The position numbers were made by a program, and so were the translations under genes. Positions 1 to 8,360 of a DNA stretch of 64,000 nt are shown one piece after another. The DNA is from a virus. Lineage: Duplodnaviria; Caudoviricetes. The stretch's first letter is position 1, and each line of letters starts with the position of its first letter. The notes beneath the pieces are model-generated. The model made no database searches. It saw nothing but the letters and a program-made list of their open reading frames with translations, and was not told where the DNA came from. Location of the stretch: positions 5,284 through 69,283 of IMG/VR virus record IMGVR_UViG_3300033076_001146; one strand, given 5' to 3'.

Positions 1-303
1 GTCTTGCATCAGCACAATCGGGATTTCGCGCCGGACGTGGTATGTGTCCGTCTCGTCTACCGTATGAACCAAAAACGGGCGGCCAAAATCGCCTGCCCCG
101 ATCAAGTAGTCTTCCTGCCCCTCATTGACCGTCAACAACGTTTTGTCCACGCTCCAATGATTGCGCGTGTTGGCCAGGCCCGCCGTAAAATTGGCGATTT
201 GGTCAATCAGGAGCTGCATCAACATTGGATCGCTGGGCGCATCCGCCAGCGGCATTCCCAGCCGTCGGCGGATGGCAGCGATGTTGTCAGAATGAGTTGG
301 CAT
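1..303 (-). CDS. Putative head-tail adaptor (partial, runs off left end)
   Basis: Manually read open frame MPTHSDNIAAIRRRLG...NEGQEDYLIGAGDFG from ATG 303 to base 1; downstream of head genes. Confidence 0.5.
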   Translation of the reverse strand, partial: MPTHSDNIAAIRRRLGMPLADAPSDPMLMQLLIDQIANFTAGLANTRNHWSVDKTLLTVNEGQEDYLIGAGDFGRPFLVHTVDETDTYHVRREIPIVLMQD

Positions 304-306
304 GGC

Positions 307-1401
307 TTACTTCTTGGCAGAGGCTGGCGCAGGCTTGGCCGATTCAGCGGGCGTGATCATCGTGCCCAGCTTTTCAAGTAGAGACATCAAGCGGGCATTT
401 TGTTCACGCAGTTCCGCTTTTTGGTCACGCTCGCGTTCGGCTTGCTGCAAACTCATTTCGAGTTGCTTGGCCTGCAACTCGACCAGTTTGGCAAGTGAAC
501 CGTCTTCGCGCGGTGATGCCAGCTTGTCCAGCGCGTTCGCGGTCGTGATGTCAGCGCTATGCACACGCGGGATGCCCGTGCGCAACAACATCTCTTCGTC
601 CACCGCGTCGTATTCCCGCTTAAAGTTGCCCGTGGGGTCATTCGCCGGCAGCTTCATACAAGTATGCGTCCATTCCAGGCGTTTGCGTTGCAGTCGGTCG
701 GACAATTCCGCTGCGGCAATCAGTTGATCCGCCACGCTCAACAGCATGGGCCGGAAATGTTCCGGCATCGTAAGCAATCGGCCATCGGTGACGGCTTCGA
801 CCTTTTCGTTTTCGAGTTCAATCCGCCGCTGCTTCAAGTGCGCGATCATTGCAGCATTCTGCACAGGCAGCGCGGCCAACCCTTGCGGATAAAACACGGC
901 AGTCAGATCAAGATTCTTGTACAACCGGTCGAGCGCGCCGTCAGGGTCTTCAATTTCAACCAGCCCTTGCCGGATTTCCGTGGCCGCTTCGTTGTTGCGC
1001 AACCGTTCCGCCTCGAAGTGCGCGCGCCGCAGATACTTGCCGTAGACCTCGCGCCCATCCTTGTCCGCTTCCTGACTGCCGGGGATCAACTCCCCTTCCC
1101 GAATCTCGATCAGGTTGGCCTTTTGCGCATAACTCACACAGGGCGTGATTTCACCGCGCAAAAGGTAGCGGTTCGGGATGGCGTTAGTGTCTACATCCAG
1201 ACGCTCCCAGCCGAATTGTACGAAGTAATGCGGCTGATCCAGGTTGATACCGGGGCGCAAGTCGCCGCCCAGATTGGCATTGACTGCCTCGCGTGCGCTA
1301 CGCGGCCCGTTCGGTGCCGCTGCTACTGCTGCTGACATTGGTTGAATCCTTTGTTGGTGTGCCCGATTTATTGTGCCCGCTGAGCCAGTGGAATTTTCCA
1401 T
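307..1401 (-). CDS. Hypothetical late protein with coiled-coil C-terminus
   Basis: 364-aa ORF in late operon; alternative start at 1338. Confidence 0.6.
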   Translation of the reverse strand: MENSTGSAGTINRAHQQRIQPMSAAVAAAPNGPRSAREAVNANLGGDLRPGINLDQPHYFVQFGWERLDVDTNAIPNRYLLRGEITPCVSYAQKANLIEIREGELIPGSQEADKDGREVYGKYLRRAHFEAERLRNNEAATEIRQGLVEIEDPDGALDRLYKNLDLTAVFYPQGLAALPVQNAAMIAHLKQRRIELENEKVEAVTDGRLLTMPEHFRPMLLSVADQLIAAAELSDRLQRKRLEWTHTCMKLPANDPTGNFKREYDAVDEEMLLRTGIPRVHSADITTANALDKLASPREDGSLAKLVELQAKQLEMSLQQAERERDQKAELREQNARLMSLLEKLGTMITPAESAKPAPASAKK

Positions 1402-2134
1402 TGCTCAGCCGTGTCGGGTCGTGTTCAGTGAAGCGCCAGGCGTGCGACTTCATAAAGTCATCCACGGCCTCTGTTACCCGCGTGTGCCGCTCGGCATCAC
1501 GGGCGGCGCTGTGCTCCGCAGCTTTCTTGCTGATCTCTTCGACGGTCGGTGCAAGCTGTGCGAGTGTCGCCGCGTTGCGGTTTTGGTGCATCCGGCGGAT
1601 GCGTTGCAGGTCGGAATCATTGGGCAACCGAAACGCTCCTAAGCAGCGCTCCGTTTTGACTGTCTCGCGTCCGCCGCAGCACAACTCGTCGTGATGCGCG
1701 ATCATGAAGACATCGGTGTAATACCCGTCCAGCGGCATCGGGCCCAACACGTCCGCCAGGATGATGCCTGTTTGCGGATGTCGCTGATACCGTGCTCGTT
1801 CCCAGTTATCCCCTGCGCCCAATTCCGAAACGTCGTGCAATTCCTCCACAAAGAAACGTGGCGTGCCGATGTCGCGGATTTCTTCCCCGTCCATATAGCG
1901 GTAGAACGGATACATCGCCCGCCATTGACCGCAAATAATCTGTCGCGCCACGTCCAGATTCTGTCCCCAGACAATGCGCAAGCGGGGTTTGTTGCTGACA
2001 GTGTGACCGACTATCCGGTTGATTCGCTCTTGCCAAGGAGTGAGATCAACCGGACTCGGTGTATTGCCTGCTTTGATAATCGCATCTTCGTTGTCGTAAA
2101 CGTGATGCGATTGGAAAGCGTGTGAATTGATCAT
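1298..2134 (-). CDS. Hypothetical late protein
   Basis: 278-aa ORF co-oriented after capsid/decoration genes. Confidence 0.65.
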   Translation of the reverse strand: MINSHAFQSHHVYDNEDAIIKAGNTPSPVDLTPWQERINRIVGHTVSNKPRLRIVWGQNLDVARQIICGQWRAMYPFYRYMDGEEIRDIGTPRFFVEELHDVSELGAGDNWERARYQRHPQTGIILADVLGPMPLDGYYTDVFMIAHHDELCCGGRETVKTERCLGAFRLPNDSDLQRIRRMHQNRNAATLAQLAPTVEEISKKAAEHSAARDAERHTRVTEAVDDFMKSHAWRFTEHDPTRLSNGKFHWLSGHNKSGTPTKDSTNVSSSSSGTERAA

Positions 2135-2137
2135 AGG

Positions 2138-2419
2138 TTATTCAGCAACCAGCAACTGCACATCGAATGTGGCAGTTGTCGCGGCTGAACTCAGTAAGGT
2201 AAGCGTAACGTTAGTGTCCGTGCCCAGTGTGCTCAGGTTGTTTGTCGCCGGGCCACCGATGACGCTAACGACGTAACGGCCACGCTTGGGCGTGATCGCT
2301 GCGGTGTCAGCTACTGCACCCATCGCCACGCGCCAATGCTCGATGTGCAAGCCGCTTTGTGGGGCGGGTTGCGCAATCGCGTCATGGCTGGTGACTTGGG
2401 TTGAAGCTAAAGTTGCCAT
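2138..2419 (-). CDS. Putative head decoration protein (paralogue B)
   Basis: MATLASTQVT..., Thr/Ala-rich beta protein just after capsid; paralogue of next gene. Confidence 0.55.
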   Translation of the reverse strand: MATLASTQVTSHDAIAQPAPQSGLHIEHWRVAMGAVADTAAITPKRGRYVVSVIGGPATNNLSTLGTDTNVTLTLLSSAATTATFDVQLLVAE

Positions 2420-2433
2420 CTCAAGTCACCTCC

Positions 2434-2730
2434 TTATTCGCGGTTGCCGATGATCCAAGCATCAAAGGTGACGCTGGTGGCCGCCGAAGCCAACAGCGTC
2501 AATGTGACGTTGGTGGGCCCGGTTGTGGTCGGATTGCTTGATGCGGCTTGGCCAGACACAACAGACTTCACCTTTTTGACGTATTTCGGGGTCAGCGCTA
2601 CCGTGTCGCCGACTGCGCCACCCGCACAGCGAAAGGTTTCAATCATCAAACCGCTTTGCCCAAAGGCAAACGGCTCTTCACCGTTTGGGGAGAGATTCCC
2701 GGTGACGTTCGTACTCGCTAAAGTAGCCAT
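2434..2730 (-). CDS. Putative head decoration protein (paralogue A)
   Basis: Start at ATG 2730 (MATLASTNVT); shares TNVTLTLLxSAAT motif with 2138..2419. Confidence 0.55.
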   Translation of the reverse strand: MATLASTNVTGNLSPNGEEPFAFGQSGLMIETFRCAGGAVGDTVALTPKYVKKVKSVVSGQAASSNPTTTGPTNVTLTLLASAATSVTFDAWIIGNRE

Positions 2731-2804
2731 TGAATGTACCTCTGCCCGAAAACGGGCAAACAAAGGGGGTCTGGCGATACCAGACCCCTCGTGATTACCT
2801 GTTT

Positions 2805-4067
2805 TTAAGCATTAGCTGCGACTTGCGTGGCCAAGCCGGTCACGGCGCAACGTGCGATTTTCGCCATGCAGCGCGGTTCAGGCGTCCCGAAGTTGTAATG
2901 CGCTCCGAGCGCACCCGTCCAAGCGTCTGAACCGTAGCCCGCAACACCGGAACGCATCCGCAGCGTGTTGCCGTCGTGATCGTAAAGGCCAAACGGCTTC
3001 TCTTCGTACTTCTTGAGTTCCGAGCCAACCACGAGCCAGATGTCGGACTCGCCGCAATCCGGGTCTTTGTGAAACAACGTGTCGCCGTGGCCGAAGGCGT
3101 CAAACGAGCCGTCGAACTTCTTCGCATCGCCGTCGAAGCGCTTGTAGTTCTGGCCCAAGCGCGTCAACGCATCGTCTTGCGCCAGCGACAGAATCGCCAT
3201 GACCTTCTTTGCCTTGCCGACACCAGCGCGCGCTTCGAGCAGGCGCTTGGTGTAGCTAAACGTCGAAACCTGAATCGCGGCCCCGGCCAGGTCGGTCACG
3301 GGCGAGCGCAATTCGGGATAGGTCGAGCGGCTTTGCAGTTGGAACGTGCCTGTATCGTTGTTGACGATATGGGCCAAGCCGCGCGGCGACTTGTAGAGCG
3401 TCGAAGCCAACAGAATCCAGTCACCGTCCGTCGCGCCAGAAATGGCCGCGCCGATTGTGATGGTCTTGTTGGTCTTGGCCGTCGGCTGGATCGTGCCGCG
3501 ATAGGTCGCGAGCGTCGAGTCATACCAGTCGTAAGTTTCACCAACGCGCATGTGAACCGCGCCCTTGGTGACTTGCGGCGAGGTCGTCGGCGTGTGGTCA
3601 ATCGCGTTGTACAGCGTGACCGTTGTCGTCCCCGACTTGTACAGCGCACGGACGCCCGATCCGTCGTTAAACATTTGGATGTTGGCCTCTTTCATCAGCG
3701 CTTCGGTGCGCTTGGAAAGAATGCCGCCCATCCCTTTGATAAGGCTGGATTCGGACTCGGCATTGCGCAGAGCTTTGCCGGTCAATTCGAAGGCCATCGT
3801 CAAGTTCATCGGCGAGACGAACATATCGTCCAACGTCTCAGAACCCGGTTGTTTGAAACTGCCACCTTCCGCGATGGAACCCACACCAGTGGGCGGACGG
3901 AGGTAGGAAGGAATGCGGAAACCTTTGCCGTTGACAAACTGGCTTTCGGTGTCCCGCTCGAACATGTTGTATGTGGCCGGTTCTTGTTCGAACTGATCAC
4001 GCAAGGCATTGGCCGAAATCTGCTGCAACGCAGGCAGAATCGTGGCGATATTTACTTGAACGCCCAT
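2805..4067 (-). CDS. Major capsid protein
   Basis: 420 aa; follows scaffold and portal; size and composition fit an HK97-fold capsid. Confidence 0.75.
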   Translation of the reverse strand: MGVQVNIATILPALQQISANALRDQFEQEPATYNMFERDTESQFVNGKGFRIPSYLRPPTGVGSIAEGGSFKQPGSETLDDMFVSPMNLTMAFELTGKALRNAESESSLIKGMGGILSKRTEALMKEANIQMFNDGSGVRALYKSGTTTVTLYNAIDHTPTTSPQVTKGAVHMRVGETYDWYDSTLATYRGTIQPTAKTNKTITIGAAISGATDGDWILLASTLYKSPRGLAHIVNNDTGTFQLQSRSTYPELRSPVTDLAGAAIQVSTFSYTKRLLEARAGVGKAKKVMAILSLAQDDALTRLGQNYKRFDGDAKKFDGSFDAFGHGDTLFHKDPDCGESDIWLVVGSELKKYEEKPFGLYDHDGNTLRMRSGVAGYGSDAWTGALGAHYNFGTPEPRCMAKIARCAVTGLATQVAANA

Positions 4068-4103
4068 TAGCGGTTACTCCCGCCCCGTCACCGATCTGTG
4101 TGG

Positions 4104-5480
4104 CTATGTCGCGCGCTGGCTGCCGTACTGTCTGCTGACTTCTTCAAGGTAGGCAGGATTGATGCGCCCGTCTTTGAGTGTGGGCACACCTCTGACGCCG
4201 GTAGCCTGGCTGCTGGGGCCCCCTATTTCGGTGCGAGACTGTGTTTGAGACTGTTGATGTTCGCGCCACTTCCGGGCATCGGAATACACCGCCTCGCGTT
4301 CTTTCACGCGCTCGCGAATCAACTGGCCAAGCCGGGTGTTTACCCGTGCGGCATAGTGCCGCGCCTGTTGCTCATCGCGTGCTGCGTTCATCGCGTCGCG
4401 CTGAAGACGACGCAGGGGAGCGTTTTCGAGTAGGGTTTGCGAGTCCTGGTACATCTGCGCGTACTGTTTGTCGCGCAAAAGTTCGGCCATCGCCCCTTCG
4501 ACAACTTCCCCGTAAAGACGCTGGTTAGCGGCTGCATTTTCCGGCCCGTAGGGCTGCCATTTGCTAAGAATTTGCAGGTTGGCTTGTTCGTACTGATTGG
4601 TTAGCTCGACGACGGCTTGCCGGCCTTGCTGTTGGGCCGACTGGTATTGCTGCTGATATTGCTCTTGTGCGCGGGCCCGGTCGCTGGCATCCAGACGGCT
4701 CAGCTTCAATTCCCGTTCGAGATTGAAGTTGCGGACCTCTTCCGGTTGCTGTAACAGGTCTTCCTGTACGTGCGCGGGCAGCGCCTTGGCAATTTCCTGT
4801 AAATGCGCAGGAATGCCCGCCAGAGTATCAGCGGTAAAAACGTTGCTGGCGGCTGGCGCTTCGGTTGGAATCTCAGGCAAATGCCCAGACTCCTGCAATA
4901 CTTGAATTGCCAGCTCTGGTGTGCCTAGCACGGCATCTTTGAGCAAACGCTCAAACGCGGGATAGGCATTCGCGTGCAACTCATCCAAAAACGGATTGGC
5001 TCCGTGCTCGGATTGCGGTGCCTGCAAAAGCTGCATCCAGGTTTGCGCGCCCGTCTCGCCGCCAACTTGCTCCAAAGTGGTTTTCAACCGCGTGTTTTCT
5101 TCGCGTAGTTGGAAATTTTCTTTAGCGGTCGTGCGGGCGGCAGAGCGCGCTTCACGGAGCGCTACTACCACTCCAGGAACCTTTTCCGGGTCAACTCCGG
5201 GTTCTTGGATTAGTTTGTCTACGTCGTCGTCGTTTTCAGGAACAAGCGCGGCTGATTCCGTCTCATCATCCAAATTCCAACCCGCGTCAATTGACGGCTC
5301 GGTTGGCACAGGCGTGGTCACGCTCTGACTGGCTGCGGGAGCGGCTTCAGGTGTGGCAGACGTCGAAACGGCTGCCGAAGAAGTGTCAACACTGCTCGCG
5401 GAAGCAGCAGCGCCCGACGAATCGGGAACGCTGGCACCGGTTGACTCCGATGCGGTACTCGCGGCTGAAAAATCGTCCAT
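4104..5480 (-). CDS. Putative scaffolding protein
   Basis: 458 aa; S/A-rich disordered N-terminus and Q/E-rich coiled coils; directly upstream of capsid. Confidence 0.6.
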   Translation of the reverse strand: MDDFSAASTASESTGASVPDSSGAAASASSVDTSSAAVSTSATPEAAPAASQSVTTPVPTEPSIDAGWNLDDETESAALVPENDDDVDKLIQEPGVDPEKVPGVVVALREARSAARTTAKENFQLREENTRLKTTLEQVGGETGAQTWMQLLQAPQSEHGANPFLDELHANAYPAFERLLKDAVLGTPELAIQVLQESGHLPEIPTEAPAASNVFTADTLAGIPAHLQEIAKALPAHVQEDLLQQPEEVRNFNLERELKLSRLDASDRARAQEQYQQQYQSAQQQGRQAVVELTNQYEQANLQILSKWQPYGPENAAANQRLYGEVVEGAMAELLRDKQYAQMYQDSQTLLENAPLRRLQRDAMNAARDEQQARHYAARVNTRLGQLIRERVKEREAVYSDARKWREHQQSQTQSRTEIGGPSSQATGVRGVPTLKDGRINPAYLEEVSRQYGSQRAT

Positions 5481-5501
5481 AATCGGTCTGTAAAAACGAA
5501 A

Positions 5502-5544
5502 AAGCCCGCGTTGGACGGTCGTTTGACCATCGCAACGCGGGCTT
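5502..5544 (-). terminator. Long hairpin followed by U-tract on minus strand, upstream of scaffold gene
   Basis: AAGCCCGCGTTG...CAACGCGGGCTT stem, then TTTTCGTTTTT on minus strand. Confidence 0.55.
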
Positions 5545-5720
5545 AAAGTGTTCTTGATCGCGTACAGGCTTGCGCGTGGACGCGGAATTAACTCAAGACT
5601 GCGGTTTTATGTAGTTATGAAGCTTGTTTTTGCTCTAACTCGTCAATGAAAGCTTTGATTTCACCTCGAAAGAGGCACGTTATTTTGTAAATAATGCGCA
5701 GGGAGCGCAGGAAAAGGGCT

Positions 5721-6206
5721 TTACTGTCCATCTTCAATAGATCGCTGGGCTACTTGGGCCTTTATCTGCTTAATCTCGGCTTCCAGTGTCGCAAGCCGTT
5801 CACGCTCTGCGGGTAAAAGGTCGCCCTTGAAGGCCAGGCCATAGAAAGCCAACATATTCGTCATCTCAGTGACCGTATGCCGCCCGCATCTTCTCAGCTT
5901 AAGCATGTCCTTGGACGTGTGCTTAGCTAAGCACGCAAAGACATTATCCCAGCTCCCCTAAGAACGTTGTACGCGCGAAGGATGACTTGGCAAAACTCAG
6001 CTTTGATCTGAAAGCAAAGCAGCAGACTTTGAAAGAGATTGAAGCGCAACTTCGTCAGAAATATGCGCGTCGGCCATGGGGCCGAACATCCTCTGTCGGA
6101 GCGATTGCCACTCAGCATCAAACCGTTTGAGATTTTCGGCTTCATCTTCAGTCGCAACAATTTCAATTGAATAGAACCGACTGCCAATCATCGAATCATT
6201 GATCAT
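5721..6206 (-). pseudogene. Frameshifted gene with RNA polymerase alpha-CTD-like domain
   Basis: LRAYNVLRGAGIMSLR (ORF 5927..6187 frame) continues as LAKHTSKDMLKLRRCGRHTVTEMTNMLAFYGL in the 5721..5906 frame; this matches the alpha-CTD pattern. Confidence 0.6.
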
Positions 6207-6212
6207 AATGTT

Positions 6213-6554
6213 ATGTCATATAGGCGGCCAAGGCGTAAGCCAGCCACCAGAAGAATATCAAGAGCGCACCGCCAAGCAGTAAAAGTCCAACAAGCCCCGC
6301 ATATCTTAAAGCGCATTCCAACATGGGCTTACATGATATTCCTTGGGATAATGACCTTTCTAGGCTGGTTTGGTGACGTTTTACCATTTGTGTCTCGCGT
6401 TACCGTATCAACTGCAAACGTTCTTGATCCTAATAAACCTTTTTCAACTCAATTCCAGGTTTCAAATGATGGGATGTTCAGCATATACCTTGACGTTAAA
6501 TTTATGACGAAGAGGGACGCTAACAATCAGCTTGTATGGGTTCCGCGAGCCTAA
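6213..6554 (+). CDS. Single-pass membrane protein (moron-like, AT-richer)
   Basis: Basic N-terminus plus hydrophobic helix WAYMIFLGIMTFLGWF; opposite strand to late operon. Confidence 0.5.
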   Translation: MSYRRPRRKPATRRISRAHRQAVKVQQAPHILKRIPTWAYMIFLGIMTFLGWFGDVLPFVSRVTVSTANVLDPNKPFSTQFQVSNDGMFSIYLDVKFMTKRDANNQLVWVPRA

Positions 6555-6608
6555 CCACGTTTATCCCACCCCACTGAATCAAATATATTAACGCCGCAAG
6601 ATGTCCAT

Positions 6609-8360
6609 CTACGCCGCCTGCCTTTCTTCCTGCCAGTCCTTCACCGTCTGATAGCCCACGGTTAAAACGCCGTCTTCCAACTGCGGCCAGGAAACAACCT
6701 CTTCCCCGTGACCCACGACCACCTGCGTGGCCAAAAACGGCTTGCAGCCACTAGCGATCACATTGCGCCAAAAACCGATGTCCGCATCCACGCGCCCCTC
6801 ACCCCAACCACCATCTGGCGCGGGCTTTTCCCAAAACCAAGGCTTGTTGAGCCGTTCAAAGACTTCGCGCTTGAACAGCGTAAATCCAAAGTGCCCGGTC
6901 ACAATCGGCACCAACGGCTTTGTCAGATCAACCGGTCCATCAGTGCCGGCAAGAATTTCGCCGCCCGCGCGCTTGGCCTGCATCGGCACAACAATATCCA
7001 CTTCGGGATTGTCCGCCAGCAACACAGCCAGCTTGCCCAGGTTGTCGAGCGTGACGTAAGAGTCGTAATCAATCGTCAGGATGTAATCGGCAGCCTTACC
7101 GTCGGACGTGCGCCAGTCGAGCGCCTTTTCGATGCCGCGTGTCAGAGCGTGGTGCCAAAACACGCCGTAACACATCCCCAGCGGCGCTTTGGCCTGTGCC
7201 AGCACGCCCTGAATCTGGTTGAGCGTGTCGAGGTAGCCAAGGCGCGGCACGGACATCACGGCAGCGATTTGGACGGATTGCTTTTTAGGGACTTCGTCTT
7301 TTCGGTATCGTTCGCGCAAAATCTCATTCATCTTACGTAATTCAAAGCCGAAACGATCGCCACTAAGCCGCTCACGTACCTTGTCAGCAATCTCCAACGG
7401 CACGAGGTCTGACATCCCATTTACCGATCCGCCTAACTGGAAAACTTCTCGGATAATCTGCGCACTCTCGACCTTTAGCTCTTTCGCTAAATGGTACACG
7501 CTAATAGGCCCACGCTGTTTGGCAATGGAAGCCTGATCAACCTGTCGTTGTTCCAAAGCCTCGCGCACAATCTTTAACGCCTCATAGCTGCCCTTGATAA
7601 ACAAATCGCCGCTGCCTTCCCCTACGCCCATCACGCACTCGCCGTCGCTTCCTTCCTCCGCGCGCTTCAAATAGCGAGTTGCGGCTTGCGGCTCCGGCTC
7701 GCTGGCAGGTTCTTCCAGCAACTTTGCTAAATCCTTGCGCACGCACACCAGATTCGTCGCAGTGCGGCAGATCACTTCATAGCCGCGCGCTTCGGCGACG
7801 TAACGCAATGCCAAGTGCCCTGCTTGCCCCGGCCCGTTCAGTTCGGGGATAAACATCGGGTCGGCATCGGGTGCAAATTCAACAAGGATCACGCGCGGGC
7901 GATATTTAACAATTGAATTCAACAGGTAGTAATCCTGCGAATCAATATCAATGACAACGAGGTCAATATCTTTTGGCGCGTCGTTCAGTTCTAAAATGCG
8001 ATCAACGGTGAACTCGTGATTGCCGCCACGGTTGAGCGCTACGAGATAAGCGCGCTCAACATTGACACGCTCATTACGCTCAAAAACCTGCTGGAGTCGC
8101 TGATAGTCCCCTTCTTCCCATTCCACCAGCACCGCATGCCACCCCTGGTCAATCAGCAGCTTTGTGTTGCTGAAAAACAGCCCATCCGCCGCCCCGCATT
8201 CAAAGCACCACTTGTTTGCAGTGCCGATGCGCTCAAAGATTGCGGCGAGGATACTGTCTTCGCAGTTTTGGCTGTAAACGTTCCAAAGATTGATGCCTTG
8301 CAGAAAAGCTGCGTAGCGCGTGTCAACCGGTGTGCCCGGCTTCGTATGATATGAACTCAA
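6609..8360 (-). CDS. Fusion of FkbM-like methyltransferase, IF2 N-terminal-like HTH and GT-A glycosyltransferase-like domain
   Basis: YSQNCED/FECGA/IDIDSQDY N-terminus; SVYHLAKELKV middle; ILTIDYD and DADIGFW C-terminus. Confidence 0.65.
   Translation of the reverse strand: MSSYHTKPGTPVDTRYAAFLQGINLWNVYSQNCEDSILAAIFERIGTANKWCFECGAADGLFFSNTKLLIDQGWHAVLVEWEEGDYQRLQQVFERNERVNVERAYLVALNRGGNHEFTVDRILELNDAPKDIDLVVIDIDSQDYYLLNSIVKYRPRVILVEFAPDADPMFIPELNGPGQAGHLALRYVAEARGYEVICRTATNLVCVRKDLAKLLEEPASEPEPQAATRYLKRAEEGSDGECVMGVGEGSGDLFIKGSYEALKIVREALEQRQVDQASIAKQRGPISVYHLAKELKVESAQIIREVFQLGGSVNGMSDLVPLEIADKVRERLSGDRFGFELRKMNEILRERYRKDEVPKKQSVQIAAVMSVPRLGYLDTLNQIQGVLAQAKAPLGMCYGVFWHHALTRGIEKALDWRTSDGKAADYILTIDYDSYVTLDNLGKLAVLLADNPEVDIVVPMQAKRAGGEILAGTDGPVDLTKPLVPIVTGHFGFTLFKREVFERLNKPWFWEKPAPDGGWGEGRVDADIGFWRNVIASGCKPFLATQVVVGHGEEVVSWPQLEDGVLTVGYQTVKDWQEERQAA

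Noticed and set aside
4-381. Plus-strand 125-aa ORF
   Set aside because: Shadow of the minus-strand adaptor-like frame (1..303) and gene 307..1401
2976-4070. 364-aa plus-strand ORF (and similar long antisense ORFs at 559..1335, 40383..41006, 46333..47583)
   Set aside because: Antisense to well-supported genes in GC-rich DNA; no recognisable motifs
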